From the NCBI RefSeq assembly GCF_037042905.1, contig NC_087251.1, forward strand, positions 37,078,001 to 37,142,000: a DNA stretch of 64,000 nt, given 5' to 3'. This DNA comes from Lytechinus pictus. Its lineage: Eukaryota. Position numbers and translations under genes: made by a program. Positions 30,351 through 43,800 of the stretch are shown in pieces (the stretch's first letter is position 1; every line of letters starts with the position of its first letter). The notes beneath the pieces were generated by a model. It was not told the DNA's origin, did not search any database, and saw nothing but the letters and a program-made list of their open reading frames with translations.

Positions 30351-33300
30351 ATTGGGCAAAATTGGCCAAAATAGAGCAAAATAATATTTGTTCAATATTT
30401 CCCCCGAAACCCCCCCAAATCAGCCGTCTTCGCTCCCTGGGATGTTTTAGCATCCTAACCGATTATTACAGCGAGAATCAAGAGGATCCAGGGAGTTTGA
30501 ATTTTCGACCCCCTCGCCCCACCCGCGACATGGAAAATTTGGCAAAATTTGCCAAAATTGAGCAAAATAATATTTGTTCAATATTTCCCCCGAAACCCCT
30601 CCAAATCAGCCGTCTTCGCTCCCTGGGATGTTTTAGCATCCTAACCGATTATTACATCGAGAATCAAGAGAATCAAGAGGATCCAGGGAGTTTGAATTTT
30701 CGACCCCCTCGCCCCACCCGCGACATGGAAAATTGGGCAAAATTGGCCAAAATTGAGCAAAATAATATTTGTTCAATATTTCCCCCGAAACCCCCCCAAA
30801 TCAGCCGTCTTTGCTCCCTGGGATGTTTTAGCATCCTAACCGATTATTACAGCGAGAATCAAGAGGATCCAGAGAGTTTGAATTTTTGACCCTCTCGCCC
30901 CACCCGCGACATGGAAAATTGGGCAAAATTGGCCAAAATTGAGCAAAATAATAATTGTTCAATATTTCCCCCGAAACCCCTCCAAATCAGCCGTCTTCGC
31001 TCCCTGGGATGTTTTAGCATCCTAACCGATTATTACAGCGAGAATCAAGAGAATCAAGAGGATCCAGGGAGTTTGAATTTTCGACCCCCTCGCCCCACCC
31101 GCGACATGGAAAATTGGGCAAAATTGGCCAAAATTGAGCAAAATAATAATTGTTCAATATTTCCCCCGAAACCCCTCCAAATCAGCCGTCTTCGCTCCCT
31201 GGGATGTTTTAGCATCCTAACCGATTATTACAGCGAGAATCAAGAGAATCAAGAGGATCCAGGGAGTTTGAATTTTCGACCCCCTCGCCCCACCCGCGAC
31301 ATGGAAAATTGGGCAAAATTGGCCAAAATAGAGCAAAATAATATTTGTTCAATATTTCCCCCGAAACCCCCCCAAATCAGCCGTCTTCGCTCCCTGGGAT
31401 GTTTTAGCATCCTAACCGATTATTACAGCGAGAATCAAGAGGATCCAGGGAGTTTGAATTTTCGACCCCCTCGCCCCACCCGCGACATGGAAAATTTGGC
31501 AAAATTTGCCAAAATTGAGCAAAATAATAATTGTTCAATATTTCCCCCGAAACCCCTCCAAATCAGCCGTCTTCGCTCCCTGGGATGTTTTAGCATCCTA
31601 ACCGATTATTACAGCGAGAATCAAGAGAATCAAGAGGATCCAGGGAGTTTGAATTTTCGACCCCCTCGCCCCACCCGCGACATGGAAAATTGGGCAAAAT
31701 TGGCCAAAATAGAGCAAAATAATATTTGTTCAATATTTCCCCCGAAACCCCCCCAAATCAGCCGTCTTCACTCCCTGGGATGTTTTAGCATCCTAACCGA
31801 TTATTATAGCGAGAATCAAGAGGATCCAGGGAGTTTGAATTTTCGACCCCCTCGCCCCACCCGTGACATGGAAAATTTGGCAAAATTTGCCAAAATTGAG
31901 CAAAATAATGTTTGTTCAATATTTTCCCCGAAACCCCCCCAAATCAGCCGTCTTCGCTCCCTGGGATGTTTTAGCATGCTAACCGATTATTACAGTGAGA
32001 ATCAAGAGGATCAAGGGAGTTTGAATTTTCGACCCCATTGCCCCACCCGCGACATGGAAAATTTGGCAAAATTTGCCAAAATTGAGCAAAATAATAATTG
32101 TTCAATATTTCCCCCGAAACCCCTCCAAATCAGCCGTCTTCGCTCCCTGGGATGTTTTAGCATCCTAACTGATTATTACAGCGAGAATCAAGAGAATCAA
32201 GAGGATCCAGGGAGTTTGAATTTTCGACCACCTCGCCCCACCCGCGACATGGAAAATTGGCCAAAATTGGCCAAATTTGAGCAAAATAATATTTGTTCAA
32301 TATTTCCCCCGAAACCCCCCCAAATCAGCCGTCTTTGCTCCCTGGGATGTTTAAGCATCCTAACCGATTATTATAGCGAGAATCAAGAGGATCCAGGGAG
32401 TTTGAATTTTCGACCCCCTCGCCCCACCCGCGACATGGAAAATTGGGCAAAATTGGCCAAAATTGAGCAAAATAATATTTGTTCAATATTTCCCCCGAAA
32501 CCCCCCCAAATCAGCCGTCTTCGCTCCCTGGGATGTTTTAGCATCCTAACCGATTATTACAGCGAGAATCAAGAGGATCAAGGGAGTTTGAATTTTCGAC
32601 CCCATTGCCCCACCCGCGACATGGAAAATTTGGCAAAATTTGCCAAAATATAGCAAAATAATAATTGTTCAATATTTCCCCCGAAACCCCTCCAAATCAG
32701 CCGTCTTCGCTCCCTGGGATGTTTTAGCATCCTAACCGATTATTACAGCGAGAATCAAGAGGATCCAGGGAGTTTGAATTTTCGACCCCCTCACCCCACC
32801 CGCGACATGGAAAATTGGCCAAAATTCGCCAAATTTGAGCAAAATAATATTTGTTCAATATTTCCCCCGAAACCCCCCCCAAATCAGCCGTCTTCGCTCC
32901 CTGGGATGTTTTAGCATCCTAACCGATTATTACAGCGAGAATCAAGAGGATCAAGGGAGTTTGAATTTTCGACCCCATTGCCCCACCCGCGACATGGAAA
33001 TTTGGCAAAATTTGCCAAAATTGAGCAAAATAATAATTGTTCAATATTTCCCCCGAAACCCCTCCAAATCAGCCGTCTTCGCTCCCTGGTATGTTTTAGC
33101 ATCCTAACCGATTATTACATCAAGATTCAAGAGGATCCAAGGAGTTTGAATTTTCGACCCCCTCGCCCCACCCGCGACATGGAAAATTGGGCAAAATTGG
33201 CCAAAATAGAGCAAAATAATATTTGTTCAATATTTCCCCCGAAACCCCCCCAAATCAGCCGTCTTCACTCCCTGGGATGTTTTAGCATCCTAACCGATTA

Positions 33301-33519
33301 TTATAGCGAGAATCAAGAGGATCCAGGGAGTTTGAATTTTCGACCCCCTCGCCCCACCCGCGACATGGAAAATTGGGCAAAATTTGCCAAAATTGAGCAA
33401 AATAATGTTTGTTCAATATTTTCCCCGAAACCCCCCCAAATCAGCCGTCTTCGCTCCCTGGGATGTTTTAGCATCCTAACCGATTATTACAGCGAGAATC
33501 AAGAGAATCAAGAGGATCC

Positions 33520-36500
33520 AGGGAGTTTGAATTTTCGACCCCCTCGCCCCACCCGCGACATGGAAAATTGGGCAAAATTGGCCAAAATAGAGCAAAATAA
33601 TATTTGTTCAATATTTCCCCCGAAACCCCCCCAAATCAGCCGTCTTCACTCCCTGGGATGTTTAAGCATCCTAACAGATTATTATAGCGAGAATCAAGAG
33701 GATCCAGGGAGTTTGAATTTTCGACCCCCTCGCCCCACCCGCGACATGGAAAATTGGGCAAAATTTGCCAAAATTGAGCAAAATAATATTTGTTCAATAT
33801 TTCCCCCGAAACCCCACCAAATCAGCCGTCTTCGCTCCCTGGGATGTTTTATCATCCTAACCGATTATTATAGCGAGAATCAAGAGGATCCAGGGAGTTT
33901 GAATTTTCGACCCCCTCGCCCCACCCGCGACATGTAAAATTGGGCAAAATTGGCCAAAATTGAGCAAAATAATATTTGTTCAATATTTCCCCCGAAACCC
34001 CCCCAAATAAGCCGTCTTCGCTCCCTGGGATGTTTTAGCATCCTAACCGATTATTACAGCGAGAATCAAGAGTATCCAGGGAGTTTGAATTTTCGACCCC
34101 ATTGCCCCACCCGCGACATGGAAAATTGGGCAAAATTTGCCAAAATTGAGCAAAATAATAATTGTTCAATATTTCCCCCGAAACCCCCCCAAATCAGCCG
34201 TCTTCGCTCCCTGGGATGTTTTAGCATCCTAACCGATTATTATAGCGAGAATCAAGAGGATCCAGGGAGTTTGAATTTTCGACCCCCTCGCCCCACCCGC
34301 GACATGCAAAATTGGGCAAAATTTGCCAAAATTGAGCGAAATAATATTTGTTCAATATTTCCCCCGAAACCCCCCCAAATCAGCCGTCTTCGCTCCCTGG
34401 GATGTTTTAGCATCCTAACCGATTATTACAGCGAGAATCAAGAGGATCCAGGGAGTTTGAATTTTCGACCCCCTCGCCCCACCCGCGACATGGAAAATTT
34501 GGCAAAATTGGCCAAAATTGAGCAAAATAATATTTGTTCAATATTTCCCCCGAAACCCCCCCCAAATCAGCCGTCTTCGCTCCTTGGGATGTTTTAGCAT
34601 CCTAACCGATTATTACAGCGAGAATCAAGAGGATAAAGGGAGTTTGAATTTTCGACCCCCTCGCCCCACCCGCGACAAGGAAAATTGGGCAAAATTTGCC
34701 AAAATTGAGCAAAATAATAATTGTTCAATATTTCCCCCGAAACCTCTCTAAATCAGCCGTCTTCGCTCCCTGGTATGTTTTAGCATCCTAACCGATTATT
34801 ACAGCGAGAATCAAGAGGATCCAGGGAGTTTGAATTTTCGACCCCCTCGCCCCACCCGCGACATGGAAAATTGGGCAAAATTGGCCAAAATAGAGCAAAA
34901 TAATATTTGTTCAATATTTCCCCCAAAACCCCCCCAAATCAGCCGTCTTCGCTCCCTGGGATGTTTTAGCATCCTAACCGATTATTACAGCGAGAATCAA
35001 GAGTATCCAGGGAGTTTGAATTTTCGACCCCCTCGCCCAACCCGCGACATGGAAAATTTGCCAAAATTGGCCAAATTTGAGCAAAATAATATTTGTTCAA
35101 TATTTCCCCCGAAACCCCCCCAAATCAGCCGTCTTTGCTCCCTGGGATGTTTTAGCATCCTAACCGATTATTATAGCGAGAATCAAGAGGATCCAGGGAG
35201 TTTGAATTTTCGACCCCCTCGCCCCACCCGCGACATGGAAAATTGGGCAAAATTGGCCAAAATTGAGCAAAATAATATTTGTTCAATATTTCCCCCGAAA
35301 CCCCCCCAAATCAGCCGTCTTCGCTCCCTCGGATGTTTTAGCATCCTAACCGATTATTACAGCGAGAATCAAGAGAATCAAGAGGATCCAGGGAGTTTGA
35401 ATTTTCGACCCCCTCGCCCCACCCGCGACATGGAAAATTGGGCAAAATTGGCCAAAATTGAGCAAAATAATATTTGTTTAATATTTCCCCCGAAACCCCC
35501 CCAAATCAGCCGTCTTCGCTCCCTGGGATGTTTTAGCATCCTAACCGATTATTACAGCGAGAATCAAGAGGATCAAGGGAGTTTGAATTTTTGACCCCAT
35601 TGCCCCACCCGCGACATGGAAAATTTGGCAAAATTTGCCAAAATTGAGCAAAATAATATTTGTTCAATATTTCCCCCGAAACCCCCCCCAAATCAGCCGT
35701 CTTCGCTCCTTGGGATGTTTTAGCATCCTAACCGATTATTACAGCGAGAATCAAGAGGATCAAGGGAGTTTGAATTTTCGACCCCATTGCCCCACCCGCG
35801 ACATGGAACATTGGGCAAAATTTGCCAAAATTGAGCAAAATAATAATTGTTCAATATTTCCCCCGAAACCTCTCCAAATCAGCCGTCTTCGCTCCCTGGG
35901 ATGTTTTAGCATCCTAACCGATTATTACAGCGAGAATCAAGAGGATCCAGGGAGTTTGAATTTTCGACCCCCTCGCCCCACCCGCGATATGGAAAATTGG
36001 GCAAAATTGGCCAAAATAGAGCAAAATAATATTTGTTCAATATTTCCCCCAAAACCCCCCGAAATCAGCCGTCTTCGCTCCCTGGGATGTTTTAGCATCC
36101 TAACCGATTATTACAGCGAGAATCAAGAGTATCCAGGGAGTTTGAATTTTCGACCCCCTCGCCCCACCCGCGACATGGAAAATTGGGCAAAATTGGCCAA
36201 AATAGAGCAAAATAATATTTGTTCAATATTTCCCCCGAAACCCCCCCAAATCAGCCGTCTTCACTCCCTGGGATGTTTAAGCATCCTAACAGATTATTAT
36301 AGCGAGAATCAAGAGGATCCAGGGAGTTTGAATTTTCGACCCCCTCGCCCCACCCGCGACATGGAAAATTGGGCAAAATTTGCCAAAATTGAGCAAAATA
36401 ATATTTGTTCAATATTTACCCCGAAACCCCACCAAATCAGCCGTCTTCGCTCCCTGGGATGTTTTATCATCCTAACCGATTATTATAGCGAGAATCAAGA

Positions 36501-39500
36501 GGATCCAGGGAGTTTGAATTTTCGACCCCCTCGCCCCACCCGCGACATGGAAAATTGGGCAAAATTGGCCAAAATTGAGCAAAATAATATTTGTTCAATA
36601 TTTCCCCCGAAACCCCCCCAAATAAGCCATCTTCGCTCCCTGGGATGTTTTAGCATCCTAACCGATTATTACAGCGAGAATCAAGAGTATCCAGGGAGTT
36701 TGAATTTTCGACCCCATTGCCCCACCCGCGACATGGAAAATTGGGCAAAATTTGCCAAAATTGAGCAAAATAATAATTGTTCAATATTTCCCCCGAAACC
36801 CCCCCAAATCAGCCGTCTTCGCTCCCTGGGATGTTTTAGCATCCTAACCGATTATTATAGCGAGAATCAAGAGGATCCAGGGAGTTTGAATTTTCGACCC
36901 CCTCGCCCCACCCGCGACATGCAAAATTGGGCAAAATTTGCCAAAATTGAGCGAAATAATATTTGTTCAATATTTCCCCCGAAACCCCCCCAAATCAGCC
37001 GTCTTCGCTCCCTGGGATGTTTTAGCATCCTAACCGATTATTACAGCGAGAATCAAGAGGATCCAGGGAGTTTGAATTTTCGACCCCCTCGCCCCACCCG
37101 CGACATGGAAAATTTGGCAAAATTGGCCAAAATTGAGCAAAATAATATTTGTTCAATATTTCCCCCGAAACCCCCCCCAAATCAGCCGTCTTCGCTCCTT
37201 GGGATGTTTTAGCATCCTAACCGATTATTACAGCGAGAATCAAGAGGATAAAGGGAGTTTGAATTTTCGACCCCCTCGCCCCACCCGCGACAAGGAAAAT
37301 TGGGCAAAATTTGCCAAAATTGAGCAAAATAATAATTGTTCAATATTTCCCCCGAAACCTCTCTAAATCAGCCGTCTTCGCTCCCTGGTATGTTTTAGCA
37401 TCCTAACCGATTATTACAGCGAGAATCAAGAGGATCCAGGGAGTTTGAATTTTCGACCCCCTCGCCCCACCCGCGACATGGAAAATTGGGCAAAATTGGC
37501 CAAAATAGAGCAAAATAATATTTGTTCAATATTTCCCCCAAAACCCCCCCAAATCAGCCGTCTTCGCTCCCTGGGATGTTTTAGCATCCTAACCGATTAT
37601 TACAGCGAGAATCAAGAGTATCCAGGGAGTTTGAATTTTCGACCCCCTCGCCCAACCCGCGACATGGAAAATTGGCCAAAATTGGCCAAATTTGAGCAAA
37701 ATAATATTTGTTCAATATTTCCCCCGAAACCCCCCCAAATCAGCCGTCTTTGCTCCCTGGGATGTTTTAGCATCCTAACCGATTATTATAGCGAGAATCA
37801 AGAGGATCCAGGGAGTTTGAATTTTCGACCCCCTCGCCCCACCCGCGACATGGAAAATTGGGCAAAATTGGCCAAAATTGAGCAAAATAATATTTGTTCA
37901 ATATTTCCCCCGAAACCCCCCCAAATCAGCCGTCTTCGCTCCCTCGGATGTTTTAGCATCCTAACCGATTATTACAGCGAGAATCAAGAGAATCAAGAGG
38001 ATCCAGGGAGTTTGAATTTTCGACCCCCTCGCCCCACCCGCGACATGGAAAATTGGGCAAAATTGGCCAAAATTGAGCAAAATAATATTTGTTTAATATT
38101 TCCCCCGAAACCCCCCCAAATCAGCCGTCTTCGCTCCCTGGGATGTTTTAGCATCCTAACCGATTATTACAGCGAGAATCAAGAGGATCAAGGGAGTTTG
38201 AATTTTTGACCCCATTGCCCCACCCGCGACATGGAAAATTTGGCAAAATTTGCCAAAATTGAGCAAAATAATATTTGTTCAATATTTCCCCCGAAACCCC
38301 CCCCAAATCAGCCGTCTTCGCTCCTTGGGATGTTTTAGCATCCTAACCGATTATTACAGCGAGAATCAAGAGGATCAAGGGAGTTTGAATTTTCGACCCC
38401 ATTGCCCCACCCGCGACATGGAACATTGGGCAAAATTTGCCAAAATTGAGCAAAATAATAATTGTTCAATATTTCCCCCGAAACCTCTCCAAATCAGCCG
38501 TCTTCGCTCCCTGGGATGTTTTAGCATCCTAACCGATTATTACAGCGAGAATCAAGAGGATCCAGGGAGTTTGAATTTTCGACCCCCTCGCCCCACCCGC
38601 GATATGGAAAATTGGGCAAAATTGGCCAAAATAGAGCAAAATAATATTTGTTCAATATTTCCCCCAAAACCCCCCGAAATCAGCCGTCTTCGCTCCCAGG
38701 GATGTTTTAGCATCCTAACCGATTATTACAGCGAGAATCAAGAGTATCCAGGGAGTTTGAATTTTCGACCCCCTCGCCCCACCCGCGACATGGAAAATTG
38801 GGCAAAATTGGCCAAAATAGAGCAAAATAATATTTGTTCAATATTTCCCCCGAAACCCCCCCAAATCAGCCGTCTTCACTCCCTGGGATGTTTAAGCATC
38901 CTAACAGATTATTATAGCGAGAATCAAGAGGATCCAGGGAGTTTGAATTTTCGACCCCCTCGCCCCACCCGCGACATGGAAAATTGGGCAAAATTTGCCA
39001 AAATTGAGCAAAATAATATTTGTTCAATATTTCCCCCGAAACCCCACCAAATCAGCCGTCTTCGCTCCCTGGGATGTTTTATCATCCTAACCGATTATTA
39101 TAGCGAGAATCAAGAGGATCCAGGGAGTTTGAATTTTCGACCCCCTCGCCCCACCCGCGACATGGAAAATTTGGCAAAATTGGCCAAAATTGAGCAAAAT
39201 AATATTTGTTCAATATTTCCCCCGAAACCCCCCCAAATAAGCCGTCTTCGCTCCCTGGGATGTTTTAGCATCCTAACCGATTATTACAGCGAGAATCAAG
39301 AGTATCCAGGGAGTTTGAATTTTCGACCCCATTGCCCCACCCGCGACATGGAAAATTGGGCAAAATTTGCCAAAATTGAGCAAAATAATAATTGTTCAAT
39401 ATTTCCCCCGAAACCCCCCCAAATCAGCCGTCTTCGCTCCCTGGGATGTTTTAGCATCCTAACCGATTATTATAGCGAGAATCAAGAGGATCCAGGGAGT

Positions 39501-42500
39501 TTGAATTTTCGACCCCCTCGCCCCACCCGCGACATGCAAAATTGGGCAAAATTTGCCAAAATTGAGCGAAATAATATTTGTTCAATATTTCCCCCGAAAC
39601 CCCCCCAAATCAGCCGTCTTCGCTCCCTGGGATGTTTTAGCATCCTAACCGATTATTACAGCGAGAATCAAGAGGATCCAGGGAGTTTGAATTTTCGACC
39701 CCCTCGCCCCACCCGCGACATGGAAAATTTGGCAAAATTGGCCGAAATTGAGCAAAATAATATTTGTTCAATATTTCCCCCGAAACCCCCCCCAAATCAG
39801 CCGTCTTCGCTCCTTGGGATGTTTTAGCATCCTAACCGATTATTACAGCGAGAATCAAGAGGATAAAGGGAGTTTGAATTTTCGACCCCCTCGCCCCACC
39901 CGCGACAAGGAAAATTGGGCAAAATTTGCCAAAATTGAGCAAAATAATAATTGTTCAATATTTCCCCCGAAACCTCTCTAAATCAGCCGTCTTCGCTCCC
40001 TGGTATGTTTTAGCATCCTAACCGATTATTACAGCGAGAATCAAGAGGATCCAGGGAGTTTGAATTTTCGACCCCCTCGCCCCACCCGCGACATGGAAAA
40101 TTGGGCAAAATTGGCCAAAATAGAGCAAAATAATATTTGTTCAATATTTCCCCCAAAACCCCCCCAAATCAGCCGTCTTCGCTCCCTGGGATGTTTTAGC
40201 ATCCTAACCGATTATTACAGCGAGAATCAAGAGTATCCAGGGAGTTTGAATTTTCGACCCCCTCGCCCAACCCGCGACATGGAAAATTGGCCAAAATTGG
40301 CCAAATTTGAGCAAAATAATATTTGTTCAATATTTCCCCCGAAACCCCCCCAAATCAGCCGTCTTTGCTCCCTGGGATGTTTTAGCATCCTAACCGATTA
40401 TTATAGCGAGAATCAAGAGGATCCAGGGAGTTTGAATTTTCGACCCCCTCGCCCCACCCGCGACATGGAAAATTGGGCAAAATTGGCCAAAATTGAGCAA
40501 AATAATATTTGTTCAATATTTCCCCCGAAACCCCCCCAAATCAGCCGTCTTCGCTCCCTCGGATGTTTTAGCATCCTAACCGATTATTACAGCGAGAATC
40601 AAGAGAATCAAGAGGATCCAGGGAGTTTGAATTTTCGACCCCCTCGCCCCACCCGCGACATGGAAAATTGGGCAAAATTGGCCAAAATTGAGCAAAATAA
40701 TATTTGTTTAATATTTCCCCCGAAACCCCCCCAAATCAGCCGTCTTCGCTCCCTGGGATGTTTTAGCATCCTAACCGATTATTACAGCGAGAATCAAGAG
40801 GATCAAGGGAGTTTGAATTTTTGACCCCATTGCCCCACCCGCGACATGGAAAATTTGGCAAAATTTGCCAAAATTGAGCAAAATAATATTTGTTCAATAT
40901 TTCCCCCGAAACCCCCCCCAAATCAGCCGTCTTCGCTCCTTGGGATGTTTTAGCATCCTAACCGATTATTACAGCGAGAATCAAGAGGATCAAGGGAGTT
41001 TGAATTTTCGACCCCATTGCCCCACCCGCGACATGGAACATTGGGCAAAATTTGCCAAAATTGAGCAAAATAATAATTGTTCAATATTTCCCCCGAAACC
41101 TCTCCAAATCAGCCGTCTTCGCTCCCTGGGATGTTTTAGCATCCTAACCGATTATTACAGCGAGAATCAAGAGGATCCAGGGAGTTTGAATTTTCGACCC
41201 CCTCGCCCCACCCGCGATATGGAAAATTGGGCAAAATTGGCCAAAATAGAGCAAAATAATATTTGTTCAATATTTCCCCCAAAACCCCCCGAAATCAGCC
41301 GTCTTCGCTCCCTGGGATGTTTTAGCATCCTAACCGATTATTACAGCGAGAATCAAGAGTATCCAGGGAGTTTGAATTTTCGACCCCCTCGCCCCACCCG
41401 CGACATGGAAAATTGGCCAAAATTTGCCAAATTTGAGCAAAATAATATTTGTTCAATATTTCCCCCGAAACCCCCCCAAATCAGCCGTCTTTGCTCCCTG
41501 GGATGTTTTAGCATCCTAACCGATTATTATAGCGAGAATCAAGAGGATCCAGGGAGTTTGAATTTTCGACCCCCTCGCCCCACCCGCGACATGGAAAATT
41601 GGGCAAAATTGGCCAAAATTGAGCAAAATAATATTTGTTCAATATTTCCCCCGAAACCCCCCCAAATCAGCCGTCTTCGCTCCCTGGGATGTTTTAGCAT
41701 CCTAACCGATTATTACAGCGAGAATCAAGAGAATCAAGAGGATCCAGGGAGTTTGAATTTTCGACCCCTCGCCCCACCCGCGACATGGAAAATTTGGCAA
41801 AATTGGCCAAAATTGAGCAAAATAATATTTGTTCAATATTTCCCCCGAAACCCCCCCAAATCAGCCGTCTTCGCTCCCTGGGATGTTTTAGCATCCTAAC
41901 CGATTATTACAGAGAGAATCAAGAGGATCACGGGAGTTTGAATTTTCGACCCCATTGCCCCACCCGCGACATGGAAAATTGGGCAAGATTTGCCAAAAAA
42001 TTGAGCAAAATAATAATTGTTCAATATTTCCCCCGAAACCCCTCCAAATCAGCCGTCTTCGCTCCCAGGGATGTTTTAGCATCCTAACCGATTATTACAG
42101 CGAGAATCAAGAGAATCAAGAGGTTCCAGGGAGTTTGAATTTTCGACCCCCTCGCCCCACCCGCGACATGGAAAATTGGGCAAAATTGGCCAAAATTGAG
42201 CAAAATAATATTTGTTTAATATTTCCCCCGAAACCCCCCCAAATCAGCCGTCTTCGCTCCCTGGGATGTTTTAGCATCCTAACCGATTATTACAGCGAGA
42301 ATCAAGAGGATCAAGGGAGTTTGAATTTTTGACCCCATTGCCCCACCCGCGACATGGAAAATTTGGCAAAATTTGCCAAAATTGAGCAAAATAATATTTG
42401 TTCAATATTTCCCCCGAAACCCCCCCCAAATCAGCCGTCTTCGCTCCTTGGGATGTTTTAGCATCCTAACCGATTATTACAGCGAGAATCAAGAGGATCA

Positions 42501-43800
42501 AGGGAGTTTGAATTTTCGACCCCATTGCCCCACCCGCGACATGGAACATTGGGCAAAATTTGCCAAAATTGAGCAAAATAATAATTGTTCAATATTTCCC
42601 CCGAAACCTCTCCAAATCAGCCGTCTTCGCTCCCTGGGATGTTTTAGCATCCTAACCGATTATTACAGCGAGAATCAAGAGGATCCAGGGAGTTTGAATT
42701 TTCGACCCCCTCGCCCCACCCGCGATATGGAAAATTGGGCAAAATTGGCCAAAATAGAGCAAAATAATATTTGTTCAATATTTCCCCCAAAACCCCCCGA
42801 AATCAGCCGTCTTCGCTCCCTGGGATGTTTTAGCATCCTAACCGATTATTACAGCGAGAATCAAGAGTATCCAGGGAGTTTGAATTTTCGACCCCCTCGC
42901 CCCACCCGCGACATGGAAAATTGGCCAAAATTTGCCAAATTTGAGCAAAATAATATTTGTTCAATATTTCCCCCGAAACCCCCCCAAATCAGCCGTCTTT
43001 GCTCCCTGGGATGTTTTAGCATCCTAACCGATTATTATAGCGAGAATCAAGAGGATCCAGGGAGTTTGAATTTTCGACCCCCTCGCCCCACCCGCGACAT
43101 GGAAAATTGGGCAAAATTGGCCAAAATTGAGCAAAATAATATTTGTTCAATATTTCCCCCGAAACCCCCCCAAATCAGCCGTCTTCGCTCCCTGGGATGT
43201 TTTAGCATCCTAACCGATTATTACAGCGAGAATCAAGAGGATCCAGGGAGTTTGAATTTTCGACCCCCTCGCCCCACCCGCGACATGGAAAATTTGGCAA
43301 AATTGGCCGAAATTGAGCAAAATAATATTTGTTCAATATTTCCCCCGAAACCCCCCCCAAATCAGCCGTCTTCGCTCCTTGGGATGTTTTAGCATCCTAA
43401 CCGATTATTACAGCGAGAATCAAGAGGATAAAGGGAGTTTGAATTTTCGACCCCCTCGCCCCACCCGCGACAAGGAAAATTGGGCAAAATTTGCCAAAAT
43501 TGAGCAAAATAATAATTGTTCAATATTTCCCCCGAAACCTCTCTAAATCAGCCGTCTTCGCTCCCTGGTATGTTTTAGCATCCTAACCGATTATTACAGC
43601 GAGAATCAAGAGGATCCAGGGAGTTTGAATTTTCGACCCCCTCGCCCCACCCGCGACATGGAAAATTGGGCAAAATTGGCCAAAATAGAGCAAAATAATA
43701 TTTGTTCAATATTTCCCCCAAAACCCGCCCAAATCAGCCGTCTTCGCTCCCTGGGATGTTTTAGCATCCTAACTGATTATTACAGCGAGAATCAAGAGTA
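33520..43800 (+). repeat. SatA HOR domain 4: 2615-bp unit (~14 monomers), three copies plus rearranged partial copies
   Basis: Offset 2615: 34518/37133/39748, 34830/37445/40060, 35635/38250/40865. Partial copies at offsets 1508 (40865/42373) and 3565 (39748/43313). Private variants: GAGTATCC, CTCCTTGG, GGAACATT, AACCTCTCTAA, GAGCGAAAT. Confidence 0.92.
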
